Assembly: GCA_965248755.1 (NCBI GenBank)
Contig: OZ252149.1
Location: 3,136,001-3,200,000, forward strand
Origin: Candidatus Latescibacterota bacterium
GTDB taxonomy: Bacteria; Latescibacterota; CBDEFO01
Direction of reading: 5' to 3'
DNA: 64,000 nucleotides
The position numbers were made by a program, and so were the translations under genes. This document shows, piece after piece, positions 11,091 through 21,800 of the stretch; the stretch's first letter is position 1, and every line of letters begins with the position of its first letter. Under the pieces are notes generated by a model that was not told where the DNA came from, did no database searches, and saw only the letters and a list, made by a program, of their open reading frames with translations.

Positions 11091-13382
11091 CTACCCTACC
11101 CTGCCGAAGTTATCCAGAAAGATCACAAAGTCGGACAGACCGATCTCTCCATCATTATCCAAATCAAATACAGAATTAGCTGGATCGGTCGTTGCCCCAA
11201 ACACATCCAAAAAACGGACAAAATCGGAGAGGCCTACTTCATTGTCCCCGTCGAAATCTCCTACAAGAATGCCCTCCACCTTACGTATCCGGTGATTGCC
11301 CTGATCCCCAATATAGATATTTCCCGATCCATCCACGAATACGCTCTGAGGAGAACTCAACCTCGCGCTGGTGGCTGGGCCTCCATCTCCAGAAAAACCA
11401 CGGCTGCCATCTCCTGCCACGGTGGAGATGATGCCAGATGTATCGACCTTGCGTATCCGGTGATTTAACCAATCCACTATATAGATAACGCCCGATCCAT
11501 CCACGAATACGTCATAAGGCCTATACAAACTCGCATCGGTAGCTGGACCACCATCACCGGAAAATCCACCACCACTCCCATTTCCCGCCACGGTGGAGAT
11601 GACGCCCGACGTATCCACCTTACGTATCCGGTAATTGTTCGCATCCGCGATATAGATAACTCCCGATCCATCCACGGATACGCCAAGAGGATTAAACAAG
11701 CTCCCACTGGTAGCTGGACCACCATCACCGGAAAATCCAAGCTCGCCATTTCCCGCTACGGTGGAGATGATACCCGACGCATCCACCTTACGTATCCGGT
11801 GATTGTTCGTATCCGCGATATAGATAACCCCCGATCCATCCACGGATACGCCAAGAGGATTAAACAAGCTCGCATCGGTAGCTGGACCACCATCACCGGA
11901 AAATCCACCGGCGTCAAAACCAGTAGCCCCACTTCCCGCCACGGTGGAGATGATGCCCGATGTGTCCACCTTACGTATCCGGTGATTGTACCGATCCACT
12001 ATATAGATAAGCCCCGATCCATCCACGGACACGTCAGAAGGAAAATTCAAGCTCGCATCGGTAGCTGGACCACCATCACCGGAAAATCCAAACGTGCCAT
12101 TTCCCGCCACGGTGGAGATGATGCCCGATGTGTCCACCTTACGTATCCGGCCATTGTTCATATCCGCAATATAGATATTGCCCGATCCATCCACGAATAC
12201 GCCACGAGGAGTAAAAAAGCTCGCATCGGTAGCTGGACCGCCATCACCGGAAAATCCAGCAATGCCATCTCTCGGCACGGTGGAGATGATACCCGATGTA
12301 TCCACCTTACGTATACGGTGATTGCCCCCATCCGCAATATAGATATTGCCCAATCCATCCATGAATACGGCCAGAGGCGAACTCAACCTCGCACTGGTGG
12401 CTGGACCTCCATCGCCAGAAAAACCACGGGTGCCATCTCCCGCCACGGTGGAGATGATATCCGACGTATCCACCTTACGTATCCGGTGATTGTGCTCATC
12501 CGCAATATAGATATTTCCCAATCCATCTACAAATACGCCAGAAGGCCCATCCAAGCTGGCACTGGTGGCAGGACCTCCATCGCCAGAAAATGCCCTGGTT
12601 CCATTTCCCGCCACGGTGGTGATAATGCCAGACGTATCCACCTTACGTATCCGATCATTGTACTCATCCGCAATGTAGATACTGCCTGATCCATCTACAA
12701 ATACGCCAGAAGGCCCATTCAAGCTCGCACTGGTGGCAGGACCTCCATCGCCAGAAAAACCACGGGTGCCATCTCCCGCCACAGTGGAGATGATGCCCGA
12801 CGTATCCACCTTACGTACCCTCTGATTGGACGTATCCGCTATATAGATATTGCCCGATGCATCCACGAATACGCCTTCAGGCCAAGTCAAGCTGGCGCTG
12901 GTAGCTGGACCCTCATCTCCAGAAAACCCATGGAATCCATTTCCCGCCACGGTGGTGATGATGCCCGACGTATCCACCTTACGTATACGGTGATTGCCCG
13001 TATCCACAATATAGATATTGCCCGATCCATCCACGAATACGCCCTCAGGAACATCCAAGCTCGCACTGGTGGCTGGACCTCCGTCGCCAGAAAATCCATC
13101 GGTGCCATCTCCCGCCACGATGGAGATGATACCTGATGTATCCACCTTACGTATCCAGTGATTGTGTTCCTCCGCAATATAGATATTGCCCGATCCATCC
13201 ACGAATACGTCATAAGGAGCATACAACCTCGCACTGATAGCAGGGTCACCATCGCCGACGCCTCCACCCGCCACCGTAGAAATATCGCCCGGCGCTGAAA
13301 GGGCTGAAGGGACAAATCCAAACATCCAAAAGCCCAATACCAAAATACTAATCAGAATCTCTTTGACGTGATCCTTTTTCAT
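11091..13382 (-). CDS. Secreted NHL-repeat protein (12 repeats) with EF-hand/dockerin-like tail
   Basis: Twelve ~56-aa repeats (GFSGDGGPATSASL..P..VFVDGSGNIYIAD..NHRIRKVD); signal peptide; GDFDGDNEVGLSDF tail. Confidence 0.88.
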   Translation of the reverse strand: MKKDHVKEILISILVLGFWMFGFVPSALSAPGDISTVAGGGVGDGDPAISARLYAPYDVFVDGSGNIYIAEEHNHWIRKVDTSGIISIVAGDGTDGFSGDGGPATSASLDVPEGVFVDGSGNIYIVDTGNHRIRKVDTSGIITTVAGNGFHGFSGDEGPATSASLTWPEGVFVDASGNIYIADTSNQRVRKVDTSGIISTVAGDGTRGFSGDGGPATSASLNGPSGVFVDGSGSIYIADEYNDRIRKVDTSGIITTVAGNGTRAFSGDGGPATSASLDGPSGVFVDGLGNIYIADEHNHRIRKVDTSDIISTVAGDGTRGFSGDGGPATSARLSSPLAVFMDGLGNIYIADGGNHRIRKVDTSGIISTVPRDGIAGFSGDGGPATDASFFTPRGVFVDGSGNIYIADMNNGRIRKVDTSGIISTVAGNGTFGFSGDGGPATDASLNFPSDVSVDGSGLIYIVDRYNHRIRKVDTSGIISTVAGSGATGFDAGGFSGDGGPATDASLFNPLGVSVDGSGVIYIADTNNHRIRKVDASGIISTVAGNGELGFSGDGGPATSGSLFNPLGVSVDGSGVIYIADANNYRIRKVDTSGVISTVAGNGSGGGFSGDGGPATDASLYRPYDVFVDGSGVIYIVDWLNHRIRKVDTSGIISTVAGDGSRGFSGDGGPATSARLSSPQSVFVDGSGNIYIGDQGNHRIRKVEGILVGDFDGDNEVGLSDFVRFLDVFGATTDPANSVFDLDNDGEIGLSDFVIFLDNFGRVG

Positions 13383-14773
13383 GATGAATATGCCCCTTTT
13401 TCAGTCTTCCTCCCGAAGAACGTCATCAGGAGGATCTTAATATCCAATCCTATCGTCCAGTTTTCAATATAATATATGTCGTACTTGGTGCGCTCCTCAA
13501 TCGGGGCGTTGCCTCTCAGACCGTTCACCTGCGCCCAGCCCGACATCCCCGACTTAACCCTGTGCCTGTCCAGATACTGAGGGACTTCACTACCAAATTG
13601 ATCCACAAAGTACTCTCTTTCCGGTCTCGGTCCCACAAGACTCATCTCTCCTTTTAACACATTCCACAGCTGAGGAAGCTCGTCTATGCTCCATCGCCTC
13701 AAAAAGCGCCCGACAGGTGTCATCCTCGGATCGTCCTCGGCAGCCCAGACAGGTCCGGTCTCCCCTTCAGCGTCCTCTATCATAGACCGAAACTTAAAGA
13801 TAACGAACCTCCTGCCGTCTCTGCCCATTCTCTCCTGCCTATAAAAGGCAGGTCCTTTTGAAGTGGCCTTGATGATCAGCGCTAAAGGGAGGAACAGAGG
13901 CCATAGCACCACTAATAGAACTCCCGACACTGCAATGTCCATCCCGCGCTTGACCACGGCGTTCCAGCCCGAAAGCGGACGCCCTTTGAGACCCATGACC
14001 GGTACGCCGCCTATATTCCCCATCGAAACCTTCACAGCGAGCAGGTCGTAAAGATCTGGTACAAGATAGAACTCCACATCTAACCCCTCGCAATTAGAGA
14101 TAATTTTGGCTATTTTTTTTCTCTCGGACGGAGGAATCGTCAAAATCAAAAGGTCCAGCCCTTGCTCCGTTACAATCTCTCTTATTTTATCGACTTCCCC
14201 GATGCGCTCCTCTTTGGTGGAATCAAAACCTATAGTCCCGATCAGACTGTAGTCCATGTCCCCTCCTTGGAGGATACCTTCCAATACCCTCTCAGAAAAC
14301 TTCCCCGGTCCGACTACAGCGCACCTTTTGACATCCCATCCCTTCTTTTTCAACCTGTTTATGTACAATCGCAAAGCAAACCTCCCGGCGACCAGCAGGG
14401 CTGCGCTTAAGATCCACATGTATATAAAGGTCAAGCGCGAATAGGAAAATCCCCTGTATAAAAACGCGGCAGACATCACAGATAGCGACCCGACCGTGGT
14501 AGCCTTAAAGATCCTGAATATTTCATCTAAGACTGAATAGCTGCTCGACCTGTATAATCTCATAGCCCCCAATATAACTATCCAAAGGGGGATCACAAAA
14601 AGAGACGCCTTCACATAAAATCTCGCATCCGGTACTCCCTTGATCACAGGGAATATCCTCACAAGCGGAGAATCGAACCTCAACCAGTAAGAGCCATAGA
14701 GAGCCAGAGCCATCCCCAAAATATCCGATCCCAAAAGCAGGATCGGGAATAGGATTTCACCTTTTCTTTTCAT
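13379..14773 (-). CDS. Undecaprenyl-phosphate sugar phosphotransferase (WcaJ/WbaP family)
   Basis: N-terminal TM helices, KFRSM, DELPQLWNVLKGEMSLVGPRPE, GWAQVNG. Confidence 0.93.
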   Translation of the reverse strand: MKRKGEILFPILLLGSDILGMALALYGSYWLRFDSPLVRIFPVIKGVPDARFYVKASLFVIPLWIVILGAMRLYRSSSYSVLDEIFRIFKATTVGSLSVMSAAFLYRGFSYSRLTFIYMWILSAALLVAGRFALRLYINRLKKKGWDVKRCAVVGPGKFSERVLEGILQGGDMDYSLIGTIGFDSTKEERIGEVDKIREIVTEQGLDLLILTIPPSERKKIAKIISNCEGLDVEFYLVPDLYDLLAVKVSMGNIGGVPVMGLKGRPLSGWNAVVKRGMDIAVSGVLLVVLWPLFLPLALIIKATSKGPAFYRQERMGRDGRRFVIFKFRSMIEDAEGETGPVWAAEDDPRMTPVGRFLRRWSIDELPQLWNVLKGEMSLVGPRPEREYFVDQFGSEVPQYLDRHRVKSGMSGWAQVNGLRGNAPIEERTKYDIYYIENWTIGLDIKILLMTFFGRKTEKGAYSS

Positions 14774-15866
14774 CTCTCCATCTTTCCCAGCTTTTGTTCA
14801 CAAACTGATTTATCCTCTCCTTGAAGATGCTCCTGTCGAACCTCAGCGCCCAATCTCTTATAACTTTCGAATCAAATCTTGCCGGATCCAACGTCCTCAC
14901 CGCCTCCTGCAGCGCCTCAGGCTCTTGAGGATAGAAGAAGACCCCCGTCTTATCCTCCAGGACGCTCTCCAATGCCCCGCCGCCTCTAAATGCGATCACG
15001 GGTCTGCCGCTGGCCTGAGCCTCTAGTGGGACTATCCCGAAATCCTCCACACCCGGAAATATCAAGGCCCTCGCCTTTGAATATAACTCTTTTATCTCAT
15101 CGTCGGGAAGATGGCCCAAGAAAGTGATGTTTTTGGAAGCCATCTCCTTCAATTTTTCCTCCTCAGGCCCAGTTCCCACAACTATCAACTTGAGCCCAAG
15201 CCCCTTAAAGGCCTCCAGGGCTATATCCAGCCTCTTATACGGAACGAGTGATGACACCGCAAGGTAATAGTCGTCCACCTTCTCAGATATATGATAGTAC
15301 GCACCGTTCACAGGCGGATAGATCACGTGAGAATCCCTGTTGTAAAATCTCTTTATCCTATCCTGAACGAATTTGGAGATGGCCACAAAAAAATCCACCC
15401 CGTGCGCCGTTTTCCTGTCCCAGCTCCTGAGCCGACTCAAAAGGGGCTGAAGGGCGAGCGACCTCAATTTTCCTATCCTTTCATCCCCGAAATATTCCTT
15501 CCACATATCCCACACATATCGCATCGGAGTGTAACAGTAACAAATATGCAGGGACTGATCGCCCTTTTTAACGCCCTTCGCCGCGCAGTGGCTGCTCGAT
15601 AGTATGACGTCAAACTCTGAGACATCCAGTCCTTTTACAGCCGTGGGGAATAGTGGAAGAAGATACCTGTAGTTCTTTTCGGCTTTCGGAATATTCTGGA
15701 TAAAAGAAGTATGTATCCTGTGCTCTTCAATCTCAGAGGACACAGACCCCGGAACGTGCAGGAGAGTATAGACAGGAGCGCCGGGATAAAGCTTAGCGAA
15801 CACTTCAAGGCACCTTTCCCCTCCTCTTGTGCCCACTAACCAATCGTGCACCAAAGCTATATTCAT
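14757..15866 (-). CDS. Glycosyltransferase family 4 (WbaZ-like)
   Basis: HDWL..GGE, YCYTPMRY, YKRLD, EDFGIVPLEAQASG. Confidence 0.92.
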   Translation of the reverse strand: MNIALVHDWLVGTRGGERCLEVFAKLYPGAPVYTLLHVPGSVSSEIEEHRIHTSFIQNIPKAEKNYRYLLPLFPTAVKGLDVSEFDVILSSSHCAAKGVKKGDQSLHICYCYTPMRYVWDMWKEYFGDERIGKLRSLALQPLLSRLRSWDRKTAHGVDFFVAISKFVQDRIKRFYNRDSHVIYPPVNGAYYHISEKVDDYYLAVSSLVPYKRLDIALEAFKGLGLKLIVVGTGPEEEKLKEMASKNITFLGHLPDDEIKELYSKARALIFPGVEDFGIVPLEAQASGRPVIAFRGGGALESVLEDKTGVFFYPQEPEALQEAVRTLDPARFDSKVIRDWALRFDRSIFKERINQFVNKSWERWRDEKKR

Positions 15867-16085
15867 ATGGTCAAAACTTCTCTCCAGAAGCTTCTCTCAA
15901 TTTGCTCCTGGAAGCCCTTATCCTGGGCTATATGTTGAAGAAAAAGAGGGCGATTCCCAATATCTCTGTCAGACTCGAAAAAGCTATGAGCTAACCTGAG
16001 CCTTCATAATTGACAAATCCGCTTGCAACTTCAGAGGCGAATCTCAGCGATATAGCCCCTGTCATGAAAAAATATACAAGATTAG

Positions 16086-17601
16086 AAGCCTTGTGAAATA
16101 GTTATCTTGTAGGCAGCGTCTGAAACGCTTATTATGGGTCAAACAGTAGCATATCGTATCGTTTTGCTATGGAATAAGCAAAATAGTCTCATCAGAGTTC
16201 TGGTCAGCAAGGAATAGAAGCTGTTTGAAGAACAGGATGCACTGTCTTTGACAGACAGGGCACATATAGACGCTTTTCTCCTTCTTATGAAGGATACAAG
16301 CCTCTTGAGATTCTGCACTGTTGCAACAAGATTTAACTGTTCATTCAGTGAGGCCAATCCCCTGTAACGGGCTCGGCCCATACCGTGCTGTTGTTTGGCT
16401 TCAGCAAAGATATGTTCACTGCGTTTGCGGAGCTTCTGGGAGAGTCTGTAGTCAGATGTCAATGAGATAGATCGTGCATAATTCCTGGCCTTTGCCTCTC
16501 GCACTTTCTTATCTCGCTTGGCCTGAATATGTACGAAATTTGTCTTGTTTTTCCAAGTAGGAATTGGCTCAATCTCTTCACCTGATCGCAGAGGAATGTG
16601 GGGTGTGATTCCCCAGTCAAGTATATCAGCGATAAAACCACCAGAACCGTAACCGGTATCGGCAGTAAGTGTCTGAATGCCTTCGGGCATAGTGTATACT
16701 TCAAGATCATCAACCATCTTAAGGGCACTTTCAGTCTCGGCTGTCGCCTGTGTGCCCTGTGTCTCAAGGATTACTCTACTTTTTGTGTCGATGAGATCAT
16801 GACCCATAAACGAAAGAGAAGCCCCCGTGCCTTTTGACTTTTTGTATAAGAGAGCATCGGGGTCTGTAGTCGAACGGTGCGTCTGGTTCGTCCACTTTTC
16901 ACCATGAAAGTCCTTATCGTGAGAATGCCCAGACCTATCTTCGGCCTGTACCTTATCACCTTCAAAACCCATTTCCTTTAGGTAGTCATCAAGAGAAACA
17001 GGAAGCTCTATCGGCTCAATACTCTTCACCGAAGCATTCGCTCGTATCTGAGTGCCATCAACACTTAAGTGTTTACCGCTCACAAGACCGACATCTATAC
17101 AGCGCTGGACTACCTGACGCATTATCTGTTCAAACAATCCACTAGATGCCCACTTGTGATTGCGAAGCTTGTTGATCGTGCTTCTGTCTGGAACCTCATC
17201 CTCAAATGTCTGATGACAAAACAACCTATATGCCGCATGCATCGCCACTTCCTGACAAAGCCGATTCTCACTCAAATTATACAAATAGCCGATAAGGATC
17301 ATTCGAATAACTAATTCAGGATCAATACCGGGTCTGCCATTATCAGAGCAATAACAATCTGACACAACGTCTCGTACAAATGAAAAATCAACCGCTTTAT
17401 CAATTTGACGGAGAATATGGTCTTGGGGAACTAAATCCTCCATCTGAAAATAGTGAAATATCAGATTTGTCTGTTCCTTCTTTTGTGGCGTTATTATTTC
17501 CTCCATGTATAATATTATCAATGATATAATATAATACATGGAGATTGCTCCGTCAATGTTTTTATACTATTTGTTCGATTTAAGGGTTTTTCACAAGGCT
17601 T
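16086..17601 (-). mobile_element. IS1182-family-like insertion sequence
   Basis: Terminal inverted repeats AAGCCTTGTGAAA / TTTCACAAGGCTT flanked by a TTAG duplication (16082-16085 and 17602-17605). Confidence 0.88.
16139..17539 (-). CDS. DDE transposase (IS1182/IS5-like, DUF772-type N-terminus)
   Basis: GRPGIDP, PDRSTI, SVDGTQIRANAS, STTDPDA, ADTGYG, RKRSEHIFAEAK..HG. Confidence 0.92.
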   Translation of the reverse strand: MYYIISLIILYMEEIITPQKKEQTNLIFHYFQMEDLVPQDHILRQIDKAVDFSFVRDVVSDCYCSDNGRPGIDPELVIRMILIGYLYNLSENRLCQEVAMHAAYRLFCHQTFEDEVPDRSTINKLRNHKWASSGLFEQIMRQVVQRCIDVGLVSGKHLSVDGTQIRANASVKSIEPIELPVSLDDYLKEMGFEGDKVQAEDRSGHSHDKDFHGEKWTNQTHRSTTDPDALLYKKSKGTGASLSFMGHDLIDTKSRVILETQGTQATAETESALKMVDDLEVYTMPEGIQTLTADTGYGSGGFIADILDWGITPHIPLRSGEEIEPIPTWKNKTNFVHIQAKRDKKVREAKARNYARSISLTSDYRLSQKLRKRSEHIFAEAKQQHGMGRARYRGLASLNEQLNLVATVQNLKRLVSFIRRRKASICALSVKDSASCSSNSFYSLLTRTLMRLFCLFHSKTIRYATV

Positions 17602-17623
17602 TTAGACTCCACTGAAGTAACAG

Positions 17624-18724
17624 GTGCTGATGGAGCTTATCTTTTCTCCTCGATCCCTAGGTAGTGTAGATTACAATCTCGTACCAGATAGATTCGATGC
17701 CCCTGCTGGCTTATCGGGGACGATAGTAAGTCTTACTGATGCTGCACTTACTTTAAGAATTGCTCTAAATTTGGATGTTCCAACTCCAGAGCAGTCCCGC
17801 GCTGCCGATGCGAATGGAGTGGGAGGCGTGACCCTTACTGATGCCGCACTTGTCTTGAGGTCCGCCCTCAGTCTCGATGCTACATGGCCTATAGGTAAAT
17901 TCTGGGTGTTTGAACCTGACACCGCTGAGTTTGTCTCATTACGCGCAGATACAGTTCAGAATTTCGCATCTATTCTTGTGGGCGATGTTAACGGTAGCTT
18001 GAAGGACATCGCTGCTGCAAAGGTAGTCGCGAGGGAGTCCCATATTCAGGTCGGCATAGGGGAAGTAAAGGATAAGGTCGAGAAGTTTATCACTGTTGCT
18101 TTGATGGTCAGTGAGGTCGAGGATATGTACGGCGCAGGCTTTACGATAGACTATCCCAATGATGTTCTGAGAATCAGGCACATTAAGACTACCCAACTGA
18201 CCGATGGATATATGCTGGCATCTAATTTGGATAAGGCGGACGATGTGGGGAAAGTGATATTCGGGATGATAAATGCTACTCCACTACAGGGGAGCGGTGC
18301 TATAGCTGAGTTAGTATTTGAGGTAATAGGCGAAGACGTTAGATCTGCGTCTTTTGGGTTAGTGGATGGAGATCTGTATGATCTTAAAGGACCCATGGGT
18401 GTCCAATTGTACGATGGGGAGTTTATGGCTCTTCCGGAGCAGGCTTCCTTAAGTCAGAACTATCCTAATCCGTTTAACCCGGAAACTACTATTGATTATG
18501 CTATTCCGGTCGGTAAGGAGCTAACGCCAGTTTCACTGAAGATATATAATATTTCTGGTCAAGTTGTCAGAACACTTGTGGATGAGGAGAAAGCGCCTGG
18601 TTTCTATACGGCTGTATGGGACGGTAGAGATAAGCAGGACAAAGTTGTTAGCAGTGGGATTTATTTCTACCGCATCGTAGCCGATAAGTTTATTTCTGTT
18701 AAGAAGATGGTGCTGTTGAAATAG
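17624..18724 (+). CDS. 5'-damaged dockerin + cohesin + FlgD-type C-terminal domain protein
   Basis: ADANGVGGVTLTDA dockerin-like motif, cohesin-like beta domain, LSQNYPNPFNPETTI...SSGIYFYRI...KKMVLLK; no signal peptide; begins just after the IS. Confidence 0.7.
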   Translation: MLMELIFSPRSLGSVDYNLVPDRFDAPAGLSGTIVSLTDAALTLRIALNLDVPTPEQSRAADANGVGGVTLTDAALVLRSALSLDATWPIGKFWVFEPDTAEFVSLRADTVQNFASILVGDVNGSLKDIAAAKVVARESHIQVGIGEVKDKVEKFITVALMVSEVEDMYGAGFTIDYPNDVLRIRHIKTTQLTDGYMLASNLDKADDVGKVIFGMINATPLQGSGAIAELVFEVIGEDVRSASFGLVDGDLYDLKGPMGVQLYDGEFMALPEQASLSQNYPNPFNPETTIDYAIPVGKELTPVSLKIYNISGQVVRTLVDEEKAPGFYTAVWDGRDKQDKVVSSGIYFYRIVADKFISVKKMVLLK

Positions 18725-18811
18725 TGTCCTATGATCTTCTCTGAGACATAATAATGACAGGTGAAACATGGTTGAATGACTTAAACGCTTTCTGATAAGG
18801 GTGAAGCGGTT

Positions 18812-21800
18812 ATGAACACTTTAAAGCTGCTGTTGCGGTCAGCTATTCTTCTAACTCTCTCTGTAAACGCCTTATATGCTCAGTATGGTGAGCCGTTCGC
18901 AGTAAGCCTGACCGGCATAGACGGCAGCTCCACTATCATAGCCAATCCCGGAGAACAGTTTCAAATTGAGGCAAGGGTCAGTCCGGTAACTAAAGGCCTA
19001 TTCGGATTCTCCTCAAAATTTGGGTTTGACCCTAATGTTATCGAGATGGTAACAGAGTTTGGGCAACCGATCATAGTGCGTGTTCCGCCATTGCCTGGTA
19101 ATCCCACACCTGCTGGTGGTCTGGTAGCTGGCACAACTGACACGCTTAGTATGGGCGTTGTCGCATCAGATGGTGTTGGTGATTCGCCTGTTAGTGGTCC
19201 GATTCTTAGGATTACGTTTAGAGTGAAGAGCACAGCTACTCCTGGTGATTCGAGTCCGCTTAATTTGGTTAATACTGTTGTTAGTGTAGACACTCTTTTG
19301 GCATTTGGACCCTTTTTTGGTGTAGACATTCCTGCGGATACTCTTAGAAGCGCGGTAGTGCAGGTTCCTCCAGATACCACTGGTTCTGTCATTGATGTCT
19401 CCCCGACAAGTATAGATTATGGTGTCGTATTGGTAGGTGGTAGTTCTGACAGTACGATAAAGATTAAGAACGTAGGCAACGGGAACTTAGTCTTAGGGAC
19501 TCTGTCCATTACAGGCACTAATGCAGGTGAGTTTTCTATTTTTACTCCTCCCATTATAACTATCGCTCCGAGCGATAGCACTAATGTTGTCATAAGGTTC
19601 TCACCTCAGTCGGGTGGAACAAAATCAGCCACTTTGGTCATTCCGAGCAACGATCCAAATAAGCCATCTGTGAACGTACCGTTGACTGGTGCAGGTGTCT
19701 CCCCTAAAACTATAACAGTAACGGTAACGGATGCTGTGGGCAATCCAGGAGATCTGGTGAAAGTGAAGGTATTCGTGGAGCTGCAGCCTGAGGCTACCCT
19801 CGGCTTGTCTGAAATGGATATCAAGCTTAACATTGATCCGACAGTCATCAAAGTGGCGGGCACATTTATAAAAGACATCACCACTTTGCTGCCGTCATTC
19901 AGTAATTTCGCTACAGTCACCAATAGTGACAGTACGATTCACCTTATAGGCGCTCAGGGATCGGGTATTGCGCTAACATTCGCAGATTTGGGGCTTCCTG
20001 GAAACCCTGAAGCTGCCTGGGAGATCGGTTTCAACGTAGTAGGAAGTCCAGGGGATGTCAGCCCGATCACCGTAAATCTGGTAACGTCGGGTTTATCTAC
20101 GGGCCCTCGTGGGTCCACGAACACTGCACTTAATCCAGTAGATATTGCTGTAAATGGAAGCTTCAGTATACCTGTGGTCATCTCCAAAACTACAGTAGTG
20201 GCGGCTCGCACGACTCTCAAGGCCGACGGAGCTGATACTACGCTAATTACAGTAACTCCGAGAAAGGCCGACGGTAGTAAGATCAGTACCACTCTAAATG
20301 TGAGCGTTAATACAACAGCAGGTTCCGTTGGGGGTGTAACCGCTGAGACTGATAGCACATATACGGCTGTTCTGACCGCATCAAATGTTTTCGAGACAGC
20401 TGTGGTTAAGGCTATTATCGCTGGACAAGTGGCTCCTGACTCTGCGGTGGTGGTTTACCAACCTGCCCCTGATTCTCGATTTGGTGAGCCGTTTACAGTA
20501 AGGTTGACCGGTACTGACGGGGATACTACTATTGTAGCCAATCCAGGAGAGGAGTTTCAAATTGAGGCGAGGGTCAGTCCGGTAACTAAGGGCTTATTCG
20601 GATTCTCCTCTAAATTTGGGTTTGACCCTAATGTTATAGAATTGGTCACACAGTTTGGGCAACCGATTATAGATCGTGTTCCTGCATTACCTGGTAATCC
20701 TACACCTGCTGGCGGTCTGGTAGCTGGCACTACTGATACGCTTAGTATGGGAGTTGTCGCATCAGATGGTGTTGGTGATTTTCCTGTGGGTGGTCCTGTT
20801 CTTAGTATTACGTTCAGAGTGAAGAGTACAGCTAATCCTGGGGATTTGAGTCCGCTCAATTTGGTTGATGCTGTTGTTAGTGTAGATACCCTTTCGGTAT
20901 TTGGACCATTTTTTGGCATAGACATTCCTGCGGATACTCTTATAAGCGGAATGGTGGAGGTTATTCCAGTTACCACTGGTGCTGATATTGATTTCCCCAC
21001 GAGAAGTATAGATTTTGGTCCTGTTCAGGTAGGCAGCAGTGTGGACAGTACGCTAAAGATTAAGAACGTAGGCAACGGGAACTTAGTCTTAGGAGCTCTG
21101 TCCATTACAGGTACAAATGCAAGTGAGTTTTCTATTGTTGTTCCTCCAAGTACGACTATCGCTCCGAGCGATAGCACTAATGTTGTCATAAGGTTTTCGC
21201 CTTCGTCAGATAGTGCAAAGTCTGCCACTTTGGTCATTCCAAGCAACGATCCGGATAAGCCATCTGTGAATGTACCGTTGACTGGTGCAGGTAATCTTCC
21301 CTCTGCCCTTCAGGTTAGCATGCCGCATATTACGGCGTCTCCGGGTGAACTCATTTTGATCCCAATACAGATAACAACTCCGGGGCGCTTTGCTATCTCC
21401 TCAACTGAAATGTTCATTAGCTATGATTCTGACGTTACAAGAGCGCTTGAAGTAGTTACTGCTGGCACACTCACCGAGGGATGGGAGCTTATTTCCTTCA
21501 GGCATTCTTCTGGAATACTAACCTCTATTGATACGGCAAAGGTAGCTATGGCAACGCCCGTTGATACACTCACCGGGCCTGGCACTCTTGCCTTCATCAG
21601 AGTTAGCATCCCCCATACAGCTGCCCAAGGCGCTACCACACCCCTTGCTTTCCAGCGTCTTCTGTTTAATGATGGAGATCCGTCCGCGGTGACACAGAAT
21701 GGATCGCTCACTGTTGTTGCTATTCTAGGAGATGTCAGCAGTAATGGGAGAGTTGGTGCTTTTGATGCGTCGTTGATTCTCAGGGAGGTGGTGGGGCTTA

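Noticed and set aside
11799..12689. 296-aa plus-strand ORF and similar antisense ORFs over repeat genes
   Set aside because: Shadow frames of the NHL, HEAT, RND and ABC genes with no independent motifs or RBS.
7981..13260. CRISPR array or DGR template/variable repeats
   Set aside because: The repeats are ~168-bp coding units of NHL proteins; there is no spacer structure, cas gene or reverse transcriptase in the window.
15866..16065. Possible membrane-protein C-terminal remnant upstream of the glycosyltransferase
   Set aside because: Only a short hydrophobic stretch with stops; no family can be assigned.
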